Shown in pieces: positions 26,582-40,080 of a DNA stretch of 64,000 bases. The notes beneath the pieces are model-generated. The model worked only from the letters and a program-made list of their open reading frames with translations. It was not told where the DNA came from and searched no databases. This DNA is from Chiloscyllium plagiosum (lineage: Eukaryota), in NCBI RefSeq assembly GCF_004010195.1, contig NC_057750.1, forward strand, positions 14,301,221 to 14,365,220. The letters are read 5' to 3'. The position numbers and the translations under genes were made by a program. Position 1 is the first letter of the stretch. Every line of letters starts with the position of its first letter.

Positions 26582-27842
26582 GAGGTGCTTAATAAGGAAA
26601 TTACCAACTGAAAAGGAAGAATGTGCAGGGCTCAGGGAGAAATTCAGTTCAGGTCCAAATCAGTCAGTGAGACAGAAACCAAGACAATTTCCTTTGTGAA
26701 GAGAGTTTATTAACTACCCAGTTTCCCAGCTCCTTCCATACATACATTCCATCTGTCCGTCCTTTTTTGATACTTTTTTCATAACTTGTTCAGGTATGTA
26801 ACGGCATTTATCTGGAGCAGGTAGGACTTGAACAGCGCACTAGAATTGGAAGAATTTCTTTGGACATCATTAATTCATGAGCAGTAGAAAAATATTATAT
26901 GTAACTTGTTTTGCTAAGTTCTGAAGGTTAGCTGTTTACAAAAAAATCTACAGTGGATTGTGGAAATGTGTCGACTTTATTCTGCTCTATCTAACTAACC
27001 AAACTTGTATCAGTTTGGAATTTCATCCTGTATTTATATTCAATCCTGAATATTTATGTTCCAACTTTTGTTTAGAAATTTGCTCACAATGCTTTTTGTA
27101 AATGTGAAAATGGCTCCTGTTAATGTCATCAGATAACTCCTATTCCAGCTACAACAGGAGTTAACTCCTGTTCTTTTGGGAATTAACTTGTTCATTTTTG
27201 AAATCTTTACTTCTTAGTAGTTCCAGAAAGCACCTCATCAGGCTATCATTGCCAATTGACATCTCAGTCTGCAGACTGTGTCTGAACGTCATTCCCTATA
27301 TGTTTACAGTCCTTGCAGCTGTTGTGTGTATGATGAAGACTGGCAGCTGCTGGAACTGCAAGGCAAGATTAACATAGCGGCACCATGTAAAATGTTATAG
27401 AAAACTTACCTCGACTTAATGTACCGCTTCAAAAGCCCTCTACACAGAGTTCAAGTTGCAGCTGCTTCTGACAATCTAGTGGTTAAAATATAGTTCAAAG
27501 GCTCAGTCACTAGGAGTCCATCTATGGTAAACTGATTTGTACGATGGTTTAACTAGTAGGCACTGGATAGTTCGAACTGCGCAGTACTTCAGCTGTCAGC
27601 ATCATCGTTTTCTGTGTTTATGTGAAACTTGTATTAATGAATGAGACAGATCTGATCTATTATTACATTTGTGACATACACAAACAGATCATTTCATTTT
27701 GGTTCAGGATTATAATTTTTAAAATAGTAAATAATAGAATGGGATTTAACTGAAATTATGGGACCATGAACTGAATAGCGTTCAAATGGGTGTAGAGATC
27801 GCAATGCTGAATTGCTTTGTGCCCATGGCTTCCAGTATTTGG

Positions 27843-28130
27843 AACATAGAACACAGAACAATACAGTGCAGGACAGGCCCTTCGGCCCTCAATGCTGTGC
27901 CGACCTGTGAACTGTTCTAAGCTCATCCCCCGGCACAATCCCATCTACATCCATGTGCTTATCCAAGGATTGTTTAAATCTCCCTAATGTGGCTGAGTTA
28001 ACTACATTAGCAGGTAGGGTATTCCACGCCCTTACCACTCTCTGAGTAAAGAACCTGCCTCTGACATCTGTCTTAAATCTATCACCCCTCAATTTGTAGT
28101 TATGCCTCCTCGTACAAGCTGACGTCGTCA
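27843..28130 (-). mobile_element. Young CR1 3' end
   Basis: TRRHNYKLRGDRFKTDVRGRFFTQRVVRAWNTLP plus a tail of ttctatg-type repeats. Confidence 0.85.
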
Positions 28131-29260
28131 TCATTGTTTTAATGCATTGCGTGACTTGGAATCTTGACAAATATGAACTGATTTTAAAAAAGCCGGCATG
28201 AATTTGTGATGAATAAGAGTCATATCTAACAAATTTATGTAAGTTTTTGAGACAAATAACACAAATTATAAATAAAATTTACCTGGTATTTTCCTAATGT
28301 AATCCCATGAACATTTTAAACATTTCTACTAAGATTAGGATGGAATTTGTAAGGGAATTAATTACAGTATCCAATACCAAAAACATTCACTTTCAGTTTT
28401 AAAACTAAATATGATAGTTTAAAAGAATGTAGTTACTGAATCTTGCATCAATGTTGCTGAGACAAAATGAGCCAATCAGAATTTAAACCCCTGCAAATAT
28501 TTGCCTTTTTTGTTTTTTATATTTGTTCTTGTAGCCTCTATCATTCCTGAAAAGTTTATTTAATCATTGAGCTTTCCCTGAAGATTATGCGTCCAATATC
28601 TGCTAAACTTAACAGATCTAGGAATATGTTACCCATTCTGTTAAACAGTTAGTTGGCGTGCTACACTAATCCACACACATTCTGTGCAGTTTTGCTGGTC
28701 CTTTGAAATCTTCCTGTTCACAAAAGACAGGTCTGACCAGAAGTAAGCGTTTGTTGACTTTGTGTGCTGCTTCAGTCCCTTGCTACCAGAGGTACATGTA
28801 TGGAGCTGCACCATATGGATTGCATCAGATCAAAAGGCAGCTCACCACCAACAATTCAAAGGCAATTAGGTATGAGCATCCCCTCGTGATGATAGGCATA
28901 TCTGGGAACTTGTTATTCGTTTTTTTAAAGAATTAGGATACATGCTACAGTAATCCACATATCATATAAATTGTGCAGCTATGGTGATACTTTAAAATCA
29001 TGATGTTAGGTGGTTGAAAGAAATATTGCGATTTGTGGAAAGGACTGACTTGCTCATTGTTAATGACATCAGCCTTTGCAACTGCTAATGCAAATATGAA
29101 ACTGCTAACATTGTAATTTTGGAGATTATAGTATCAAGCAAGGAAAAACTTTGCTTTTCTGTAGAAAATGCTGTTTTCATAAGCTTCCTGAAAAAGATAG
29201 AGTTTTCTATATATTTAAATGTCATCATATTTATGGAGAGCTTGTTACTTTCTGCTAAAG

Positions 29261-29534
29261 GTACACTGCAGGAGTTGATCTCTCATACAGTAGTGCATTG
29301 GGCCCAAGAAGCCTTCATCCAGAATCCAGAACTCGTGCGTTTGATGTTCAGCTTGCTGCACAGACAGTATGATGGTGTTGGTGAGCTTATCCGCGCTATG
29401 CCTAAGGCATACATCATTAATGCTACATCTGTCGAGGACACGATGAATTTGCTAGAATGCCTGGGCCAGATCCGTTCATTGCTCATTGTCCAAATGGGTC
29501 CAGAGGAAGAGAGGCTCATGATTCAGAGCATTGG
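29261..29534 (+). CDS. RYR1: RYR1 exon (~human exon 39)
   Basis: tgctaaag acceptor; [16 protein letters not shown]...LLHRQYDG...[26 protein letters not shown]; gtatgt donor; 274 nt. Confidence 0.95.
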
Positions 29535-30980
29535 GTATGTATTGAGAAATTGGTATATCACATTTTATTGATTTATTTCTGTGCAGCATATTCATTTAGC
29601 CCAAGCAGTCCTTGGACCTCATTTTCTTCTAAGAGATATAAGTTTACCATTTTTGTATCATCCTTATTATACACTTTTGCAGACTCTCCAATGCCTTTTT
29701 TAAAAAAATTATATGGTGAAAATAACTGCATACAGTACTCCAAGTGTCATTGGCAAGGTCCAAATTTAGCAGTTTCCACTCACTTTTGGATAGAAATAAA
29801 CTAAATGATTTGATTGGCTGTCTTTTGACTTTATTAACCATTATCACTATCTTTAGCAATTTCCACATTGTACTCACAGATGTCTTTGCTCCTGTATTCT
29901 ATTTATTTGGCTATTAACCAAGTAATATGTAAACTATTTCTTCCAAAATGTGAAAATTCCTATATGGAAATTCTTTTGCCAATTATAGGTCTGTTCAGAA
30001 GGTTTATTACTGCCCTCTTGTAAATGGCTGGAGTCTGCCTCCATTCCTATAAATTTAAAAAGAAGGTATTACTTATTTCAGAGTTTGAATTGTTAATAAA
30101 AGCGATGAACAGCAGTAAACCCAACACAGATCTCTATGGAACATCATTTTCCATATTGGCTACTCTTCACCTTTGTTTTGATCTCTGCCTTACTACATAG
30201 TTATGCTGATGGTTCCCTGACTCTGCATTCACTGACTTTATTCATTAGCTTACTCACTGGTGTACCCAAGTCTCTTGAAAATTTAGATCTAATCCATCGG
30301 TCTCTTTACCATTGTAAATTCTCTGGAACTGGTTAAAAAAATTCCGTGAAGTTAGTCAATCGAGACTTTTTCTTTCAAAATCCATTCTGAATGTTTATTC
30401 TGAACTTTTTTTGTTTCTAGATTTTTGGTTTTCTACTTTCTTCTTTAGTAGGGATTCCCTTCTCGTTCTTACAGCTAATATTAAATTCGCTGGTCTGCTT
30501 GTGCTCCAGCACTCTGCCATGTAGTAATGAATTATTAAATACATGTAATAATGCTTGTGGTATTCCTTTACAAATCCTTTTATTTCTTTATTGCTGAATA
30601 CATAAATTAAATTTACGTCTGAACCTTGATGAGTATTTATCTGAAAATTCAATAGAGACAATTTTAGTTTCCAAAGCAGGTGTATTGTGGACAGGTTTGA
30701 AGATAAGTATTTAAAATCAGAACCCTGTCTGCCACATTGAATTTTAATGCAGAGAGGATTCCATTTAAGAGGTGCTTGATCAGTAAAATCTTTTTAGAGA
30801 CTTTGTGTCTCCAATTTTCTATGCATTTAATGTTTTCCTAACTACGATGGGATTCTTGGATATTAGGAAATATGACTGGTAGTAGAAAATTTAAAAAACA
30901 ATAAAATTAGATCATAAACTAACATTACACAGAGGAAGATCATTTGACCTATTGAGTCTGCATGACTCTTTCATAAAGCT

Positions 30981-31409
30981 TTCAGGTCCTTGGACTCCTC
31001 CATCGCCAGACCATGGCAACACGACGGTTGGAGGAAGAGCGCCTCATCTTCTGCCTGGGAACCCTCCAACCACAAGGGATGAACTCAGATTTCTCCCGTT
31101 TCCTCATTTCCCCTCCCCCCACCTTGTCTCAGTCAAATCCCTCAAACTCAGCACCGCCTTCCTAACCTGCAATCTTCTTCCTGACCTCTCCGCCCCCACC
31201 CCACTCTGGCCTATCACCCTCACCTTGACCTCCCTCCACCTATCGCATTTCCAACACCCCTCCCCCAAGTCCCTCCTCCCTACCTTTTATCTTAGCCTGC
31301 AGGGCACACTTTCCTCATTCCTGAAGAAGGGCTTATGCCCGAAACGTCGATTCTCCTGTTCGTTGGATGCTGCTTGACCTGCTGCGCTTTTCCAGCAACG
31401 CATTTTCAG
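30981..31409 (+). mobile_element. Penelope-like element 3' fragment with hammerhead motif
   Basis: Perfect 15-bp TSD CTCTTTCATAAAGCT (30966-30980, 31410-31424); CTGAAGAAGGGCTTATGCCCGAAACGTC at 31321-31348. Confidence 0.85.
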
Positions 31410-31524
31410 CTCTTTCATAAAGCTGTCTAGTTCTCCATTCTATCCTGATCTTTCCCTGTATTCCTGCATTTTGTTCTTCTTTGAATAATATAATATCTTT
31501 TTGAAAGTGCATAGAAAAGTTGGC

Positions 31525-33890
31525 ATCTCATCTCGATCCATGGTGGACCACATGAGCTACCCAACCAACCTCTACAGTCCCAGCCTGAAGGATCCATGCT
31601 TATGTCTGGTCAGGGGCCTGATTCGTATTTCCCAGAGGACGGGTCTGTCAAGTGCTCCCCTGTCCCTTGATTAGAAGAAGGCAGTCAACAGGGTTGATCA
31701 CAAGTATCTAGTCAGAACTCTGCAAACATCCTGGTTCAGGATGCAGTTTGTCACCTGGATCCAACATCTGTACACTGCTGCAAAGTGCCTGTTAAAGTTA
31801 ACTGATCCCTGATGGTGCCCCTTCACTTTGACAGAGGAGTGCTTTACAGTTGTCTAGCCAACTGTATTCCCTGTGCATGGACCTTTTCTGTGCCTCTTGC
31901 TGAGGAGATTCTCAGGAGTAGCTTTGTGTGATCTGGGCACAAGGTGATCTTTCAGCCTATATTGACAATGTGTTCCTCATTCATTGACGTGGCTGACCTT
32001 GGGTGGATGTACGAGTGCCAGGAGGGTACTTGGCCACGTGGGGGTCTGTTTTAGCCCAACTGATCTTCCACCAGGATCATCTGGGCCAAATAGTCCAAAC
32101 TTCTGGTCAGTCCACATCAAGTGAATTCCTTGCCAAAGACATTACGGGGGCTCAACTGGAACATTACCTATCTCCTCTATCGGAATCCTCACTGGAGAAT
32201 TGACAGAGTCTGGAGGCCAGTCTCAGCTTGCCTTGGCTGCTGGACAGGACTAGTCCAAGTGTTATCTTACAGGAGTTGATTGCTGATCATAAACTAGCTG
32301 ATGGCCTCTATGCTATGGTACCAGCTGGTCTATTTGACCCCCTCCTGGTTTTGTCACAAAACTTCAAAAGAAGCTGATTCACTTCTTCTGGGACAAGGAG
32401 ATGCACTGGGTTGTTGCAAAATTTAGGGTCTCCCTGATAAGAAGGGCAGTCAGTCGCTGGTGTGCCTCTGCATCGAGGTGGTGATTTCCCAGCCTTTGGA
32501 CCCTGCAGAGATCATTTTCCACAAACCACCTCCCATGTGGTGCATGTTGACAATGTATTTCTTCCATCGGGTGCATGACCTCAATTACAACATGCTCATA
32601 GCCTCTTGTCATAGACTGCGAGGGTCTTTGGGTTTCCCACTGGATATGGCCTTTTTTTTTTACTGGGACCTGATTGATGTCTGGAACATGGTCAACTCAC
32701 ACTGGGTCGGGAGTAGCTGCTGTTCAAATCCACTCCTGCATTATCACGGGTTCTAGCGGCTGGCGGAAGGGTGGTCTATGGCTGAGAGAGTGACCAGAGT
32801 CAGGGAATTGCTAGGTGGCAGAGGCCTGGGCTGGATGTTGATGCAGGCATTAGCAAATGGTAGCAGTGAATGTCCAGCTTAAGGCCAATGCCATCGGTTG
32901 CCTGAAAGCAGCGGCGCTTGGGTCTGACGTGCACCAGTTGGAGAGTGCTCAGCTGTGCAGTGGGATCCTGTCTGTGTGTACCCCTGCTTGGATGGTATTT
33001 CATATCAGCCCTAGGTTCCTGAGCCTCCCTCAGGAGCCCAACCCAACAACCTTAACCGCCCCATGGGATTGCCCTATGTATCCTTCCAACTGTTGCGGAG
33101 GTACTTTTTGTACAGACTGCTGCCTCTCACCATCCACTTTGATTTCTTCATCCACTACCCAAACACAGCCTGGCATGGATCCTCAGTGGAGGCTTGGCCT
33201 TGCAGGAGTCCCCCCACTTTCCTCAGGATATGGGGCAAAGGGTGTTTTACAAAGCAGACCTATATAACCATAGATTGCCATGGTCCATGGATTTCCAGCC
33301 TGCTTGTTTATTTTGTGGAGCTGTGGAGTTTGGGATTATGTATATACTGGTTGTTGTTGATTGCAGCCCCTTTTTAGTTATTTAAAAAATTTTCTCTTGT
33401 GCTTGTGGTTGGGCTTCAACCCCACCTCCTGATCATTGGGCATCTGGTGTGGAGGGGTGTGGGCAAATCAGAGGCCCTCCTTATGGTTCTGCTCCTTGGC
33501 CTGGCCAAGTTGGCTATTAACAGGTCTAGTTTCTGGGCTGTGGAGGTGGTCACATCTGCAGATACGTACCCCTCTTCTGTGGCTAATTTTGTACCCAGGT
33601 GTCCTTGGAGATGGAGCACACATTGTCTACCAGTACTCTTCCTGCCTTTAGAGAGAGGCAGCCATTGGAGGGGAATTCTTTCCCCTTCTAATGCCATTTT
33701 AATTTAGCCATTCCCTACCCCAACCCTCCCTTACCTTTGATGGTTTGTATTATTATTAATGGGCTTTGCATGCAAAGTATTCATTTGGAAAGGCGGGTGT
33801 TTTACTGGTGGTGATTCATAGAAGAAAGAAACCACGATGATTTCGTGTTGGAAAAATAAAACACTTCTGGATATAAAAAAGAAAAAAATA
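31525..33890 (+). mobile_element. Decayed Tx1/L1-superfamily non-LTR retrotransposon
   Basis: Fragmented RT motifs (LD.KKAVNRVDHKYL, LSAY.DNV), C-terminal LLLGLAKLAINRS, AATAAA and an A-rich tail. Confidence 0.7.
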
Positions 33891-34499
33891 GAAAAGTTTC
33901 ACCTCGTGTTACCTCTGGTTCTTTTGCCAGTCACCATAGGTTTGTGGCCATTTGTTATCAAATTTTCACTCAGCGAAAAGAATTTAACCTTATTTTAGAC
34001 AAGAACAGAGAAACTCAGCAGATCTGTCAGCATCTATGGAGAGAAAACAGAGATAAATGTTTTGGATCCAGTGACCTTTCTTCAGAACTGTTCTGAAATG
34101 TTAACCAGACCTGCTGAGTTTCTCCAGCAATTTCCGATTTTGTTTCCGATTTTCAGCATCCACAGTTTTTGTTTATTGTTCATTTTATTTTACTTCATTT
34201 AAACCCTTAATGAATTTAAAAGTCTTTATGAAATCTTATCTATCCTTCTCCATTGTAGAAAAAAACAATTGAGTTTCTCTAGTGTTCCCTCAAGCCTGGA
34301 ATCTATTCCAGCAAATTTCTACTATATGCTCCCCAAAACTATGTAAAGTGTAGTGCCTGGAATTGGATTCCAGCTGGGGCTGAATGAATGTCAGATGTGC
34401 AGCAGCTTTTCCTTAAAGTAAATTTGCATGTTTTTCTTCCCATGAAATCCCCTGGCAACTCTGACCAACATAGTCACACGTTTACAACCTTTGTCTGCC

Positions 34500-34836
34500 A
34501 TGAGTTATACAAGATAACGAGAGACATAGATAGTCTCTGGCTATCGACTCTATTTCCCAGGGCAGAAATGACTAACACGAGGGGTCATAGTTTTAAGCTG
34601 GTTGGAGGAAAGTATAGAGAGGATGTCAGAGGCGAGTTCTTTACACAGAGAGTTGTGAGAGCATGGAATGAGTTGCCAGCAGCAGTTGTGGAAGCGAGGT
34701 CATTGGGGATATTTAAGAGACTACTGGACATGCAAATGGTCACAGAGATTTGAGGGTGCATACATGGGGATCAGTGGTCGGCACAACATCGTGGGCTGAA
34801 GGGCCTGTTCTGTGCTGTACTGTTCTATGTTCTATG
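34500..34836 (+). mobile_element. CR1 3' end
   Basis: TRGHSFKLVGGKYREDVRGEFFTQRVVRAWNELP; (ttctatg)n tail. Confidence 0.85.
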
Positions 34837-34945
34837 ATTTCCGAAATCAACCCACTTCTGCAGCTATTTTCGTAAGAACTGATGCTGTTCATTATTCATG
34901 TAACACTGCAATTTGTTTAGTAAAGTTTTATCTTTGATTTTGCAG

Positions 34946-35060
34946 AAACATTATGAACAATAAAGTCTTCTATCAACATCCCAACTTAATGCGTGCTTTG
35001 GGCATGCATGAAACTGTAATGGAAGTAATGGTGAACGTGTTGGGAGGTGGTGATTCGAAG
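34946..35060 (+). CDS. RYR1: RYR1 exon (~human exon 40)
   Basis: ttttgcag acceptor; [38 protein letters not shown]; gtatcc donor; 115 nt. Not in ORF track. Confidence 0.95.
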
Positions 35061-35259
35061 GTATCCACACATATTAAATTCTGTAATTCTTCATTATTAT
35101 TCATTCAAGGGATGTGAGTGTTACTCACTAGGCCAGTACTTAACTGCCCAATAGGCAATTAGAGTCATTCATATTGCTATGGGCTTGGAGTCACATGTAG
35201 ACTAGACCAGGTTAAGATGGCAGATTTCTTTTCCTAAAGAGTGCTGATGAATAGGATGC

Positions 35260-36585
35260 ATTGCTGGAAAAGCGCAGCAGGTCAGGCAGCATCAAAGGAA
35301 CAGGAGAATCGACGTTTCGGGCATAAGCCCTTCTTCAAGAATGAGGAGGGTGTGCCAAGCAGGCTAAGATAAAAGGTAGGGAGGAGGGACTTGGGGGAGG
35401 AGCGTTGGGAATATGATAGGTGGAAAGAGGTTAAGGTGAGGGTGATAGGCCGGAGAGGGGGTGGGGGNNGGAGTGGGAGGGGGAGTTAAAGTGTTCAGCC
35501 ACAGGGTGGTTGGGTTGGTTGGTGCGGGTGTCCCAGAGGTGTTCTCTGAAACGTTCCGCAAGTAGGCGGCCTGTCTCCCCAATGTATAGGAGGCCACATC
35601 GGGTGCAGCGGATGCAGTAAATGTGTGTGGAGGTGCAGGTGAATTTCTGACGGATATGGAAGGATCCCTTGTGGCCTTGGAGGGAAGTAAGGGGTGAGGT
35701 GTGGGCGCAAGTTTTGCATTTCTTGCGGTTGCAGGGCAAGGTGCCGGGAGTGGAGGTTGGGTTGGTGGGGGGTGTGGATCTGATGAGGGAGTCGCGGAGG
35801 GAGTGGACTTTCCGGAACGCTGATAGGGGTGGGGAGGGAAATATATCCTTGGTGGTGGGGTCTGTTTGGAGGTGGTGGAAATGACGAAGGATGATACGAT
35901 GTATCTGGAGGTTGGTGGGGTGTTAGGTGAGGACCAGTGGCGATTGGAGGAGCAGGAAGTGGAGGAGATGTGGTGGAGAGCATCGTCAACCATGTCTGAG
36001 GGGAAATTGCGGTCTTTGAAGAAGAAGGCCATCTGGGTTTTTCGGTAATGGAATTGGTCCTCCTGGGAGCAGATGCGGTGAAGGCGAAGGAATTGGGAAT
36101 ATGGGATGGCGTTTTTACAGGGGGCAGGGTGGGAGGAGGTGTAATCTCGGTACTGTGGGAGTCAGTCAGTTTAAAGTAAACGTCCGTGTTGAGTCGGTCG
36201 TCCGAGATAGAAATGGAGAGGTCTAGGAAGGGGAGAGAGGAGTCTGAGACGGTCCAGGTAAATTTGAGGTCGGAATGGAAGGTGTTAGTAAAGTGGATGA
36301 ACTGTTCAACCTCCTCGTGGGAGCACGAGGTAGCGCCGATACAGTCATCGATGTGGCGGAGGTAAAGGTGGGGGGGTGGTGCCAGTGTAGCTGCGCCCCT
36401 CCCCCAAGTCCCTCCTCCCTACCTTTTATGTTAGCCTGCTTGGCACACTCTCCTCATTCCTGAAGAAGAGCTTATGCCCAGAACGTCGATTCTCCTGTTC
36501 CTTTGATGCTGCCTGACCTGCTGCGCTTTTCCAGTAACACATTTTTAAGCTCTGATCTCCAGCATCTGCAGTTCTCACTTTTTCC
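35260..36585 (-). mobile_element. Penelope-like (Neptune-type) element: RT C-terminus and GIY-YIG, bounded by inverted pseudo-LTRs
   Basis: PCNRKKCKTC zinc-knuckle, IYCIRCTRCGLLYIGETGRLLAERFREH...HPVAEHFN; inverted ~140-bp ends (35261-35404 vs 36393-36537); an N at 35468. Confidence 0.88.
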
Positions 36586-37298
36586 CTGGTGAATAGAATG
36601 GCGTTTCACAACAATTACTGGTTACATGGCCATCACTTTATTACAAATTTGCATCTGCTTTATTTTACTTTTATGATTGCAGAATTTAATGATTGTTTTA
36701 AGTATGTGACCAGAGTCTGCCACCAGATGTTTATGACTTTCTGAGGGCACTGTGTTCACATTGATCCAAATTAGAAATACTTTCCTACATTTTAAATATT
36801 GCTGATAACACTGATTTCAAATCTTTTTCATAGTCACGTACAACCTTCTCCCTCCTCTCGCATCATAGTACTCTTACCCTGTAATAACATTACTGCCAAC
36901 AGGCCATGAACTAAGCCATTGACAATTTACCAGTTTATTTCAAATAGTTCAAGATCCTCACAAAAACAAATGGGAGGAAATTTGAATGAACACATAAAGT
37001 GTCAGTGCATTGGAGTTCTGAGATATAATTTTATAATTTTGTGATCTAAAACCAGCACCTTTAATTCTGTCAGCAGATTTGGAGATGTTATAAAATTGTG
37101 CAAAATGCAAGCAATATGAAACATTCATGAGAATGCAGTGCAAACATTTGAAAATCAATTAGACATCGCTTTTATTCTTTTTATTTCATTGTCTAATTTT
37201 ATTGCATATTCTAATCTCTATAGTCCCTTCTTTAATTTTCCTGCTCACTTTTGAATTCTCTTGGTTTTATTTTAGTTCCTGTCCAGTTTAATGGTTAA

Positions 37299-37532
37299 GG
37301 AGGAGAAAGTGAGGACTGCAGATGCTGGAGATCAGAACCATTATCCAGTTGGGCAACAGTGATTTACTGATTAATACTCTAAAAATTGGGTTAACCATTA
37401 AACAGCGCTGAAAAATGTGTTGCTGGAAAAGCGCAGGTCAGGCAGCATCAAAGGAGCAGGGAATCGACGTTTCGGGCATAAGCCCTTCTTCAGGACATGC
37501 TGCGCTTTTCCAGCAACACATTTTTCAGCGCT
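37299..37532. mobile_element. Penelope-derived terminal fragment with inverted arms
   Basis: Same 3' end as other copies; 13-bp TSD GTTTAATGGTTAA (37286-37298, 37533-37545). Confidence 0.8.
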
Positions 37533-38383
37533 GTTTAATGGTTAACCCAATTTTTAGAGTATTAATCAGTAAATCACTGTTGCCCAACTGGATAATGGTT
37601 TTGTGATTCTGTAACTACAGTAAGTTTTAAAATGAGAGTACAGGAAGCCTATTTACAACTGCTGATAGAACTCTTCAAAAAAGAATTGCCACAGTTGAAG
37701 TCACCACTTTTAAACAATGTATTAATAAAATATGAAAGTTCAGAGGCCTGACAAATAATATTGTATGACATGCGACATTTGACATTTCCAACTGGCAACT
37801 GATAATTCTTCAAATCAGGTATTTGTGCTGGTGTTTCCCAATGTGTGCTTTTTATGTGAGCGCCAAATTGTGAAAATGTGTTCTTTATTTTCTATAGCTG
37901 CTCCTTACAAACTGGATGAATAGCATTGAATGGCCTTACTTCCGCTCCTATGTCTTATGGTCTTACGGTCTTATTTGTTGAAAAGAGAATAGAAAAATAA
38001 TTATGCTGATCATCCATATCACAAATTACTCTACATGCAGGCCACTGGTTATGACTCAAACACATTATAGTTCCATAAATAGCAAATAAGTCTAATAACC
38101 TAATTATCTATATTTTGGTTGTTTTCAGGTAAGGCATAATTGCATTCAGCACAATACTTTAAAAGTTCGCTGCTATTCTTTGAATAGTTCCATGTAATCT
38201 TCTGTATTAAAGGGGCATCAATGGCATTATTGTTACTCCAAAGCTATGATTGTTAAAATCAATTGTCCCTCACTTTTAGTGGATGTTTATTAAGGTAGCA
38301 GCATGTGCATGTAAGTGACTTCTATCAATATAAAATCTGCTCATTAAACTTTCACTGAAATACGTATACCCTGTTTTTTGTAG

Positions 38384-38521
<138 letters not shown>

Positions 38522-38774
38522 TAATTGGTGCTGAAAGATAATGGTGACTGCTGCTGTTGCATATAGAAAAATGTCTTGTACACAGGCATATCTCATGTCA
38601 GAAAACGTTCAAATTTTATTTAACTGGCAAATTCAAATTTTAGATACTACATTTGTGATTTTCTTTTACAGAAAATTTTAGTTTTTTCATATAGCTCTGT
38701 TTCATCCTTTGGGAACATTTTGAACTACAAATCCATGAAACTAATTTTGTTCAAACTACTTTTGATATCATTTG

Positions 38775-40080
38775 GTCATAGTCATACAGCACCAAAACAG
38801 ACCCTTTGGTCGAACCAGTCCATGCCGAGCATAATCCCAAACTAAGTAGGTCCCACATGACTGCTCCTGACCCATATCCCATCAAACCTTTCCTATTCTT
38901 GTACTTAGCCAAGTGTCTTTTAAACATTGTAATATTACCAACATTCATCACTTCATTCCACATGTGAACCATCCTCTTTGTAAACGATTTGCCCCTCATG
39001 TCATAGAATCGTAAAGTCATAGAGATGTACAGCACAGAAACTGACCCTTTGGTCCAACTCACCCATGCCAACCAGATATCCCAACCCAATCTAGTCCCAC
39101 CTGTCAGCACCTGGCCCATATCCCTCCAAAAAGCTCTCCCCTTAAAAATATGCCCCTTAGTATTAAAATCCCCCATCCTAGGGAAAAGATAGTTACCACT
39201 GACTCTATCTACACCCCTCATTATTTTATAAACTCCTGTAAGGTTGTTAGACCAGAGCTGGGGAAAGTTTAGAAATCGGTGTGGAATTAGAAGAATGGAG
39301 AAATTAGAATGAATGCAAAAAACATAAACAGAGGCAGTAAGAGCTTCTACAATATATTAGGAAGTAGAATAGCACTGGTAAATGATGAGGACATAGTTTT
39401 AAGCCAAGGGGCCAGTTGTTTAGGACTGAGATGTTGTAAATCTTTGGGATTCTCCAAGAAGATACTCTACTATTGTCTATGTCTAACACTGGGATATCTC
39501 TCAGGAGCTTGAAGAATGTAGGGAGATGCCAAGAAAGTGGAGCTGAAACCCTTGATTTCAACCTCCTGTGTTCCAGTGAAAAAAGTCCCAGTCTATCCAG
39601 CCTTTCTTTATAACTCAAACCTTCCATACCCAGAAAAATCCTGGCAAGTCTCTTCTGAACCCTATCCAGCATAATAATAGCCTTCCTATAACTGGGCGAC
39701 CAGAACTGGACACAGTATTCCAAAAAGGCCTCACCCTGTACAACCTCAACATGATTTCCTAATTCTTGTACTCAAAGGACTGAGCAATGAAGCTAAGCAT
39801 GCCAAACACCTTTGTTAACCACCTTGTCCATATATGACACAAAGTTCAAAGAATTATGCACCTGAACCCCTAGGTCCCTGTTCTACAACATTTCCCAAGG
39901 CCCTATCATTAATTGTAGAAGCCCTAACCTTGTTTGTCGTAACAAAATGCAATACCTCGCATTTATCGAGATTGAACTCCATCCGCCATTTTTTCAGCCC
40001 ATTACCTATTTGATCAAGTTCCCTTTGTAATTTTAGAAAACATTCTTCACTGCTTGCTATGCCACCGGTCAAGACCCAGA
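38775..40080 (-). mobile_element. Nested CR1 fragments
   Basis: MEYCVQFWSPSY, LSYKERLDRLGLFSLE, MEFNLDKCEVLHF; two CR1 tails. Confidence 0.85.

Noticed and set aside
27410..27475. Minus-strand 66-nt segment with AG acceptor and perfect GAG|GTAAGT donor
   Set aside because: Stops in all three frames and no link to any transcript; likely chance.
35364..36032. 222-aa and 164-aa Pro-rich minus-strand ORFs
   Set aside because: Alternative frames and frameshifted pieces of the Penelope element.
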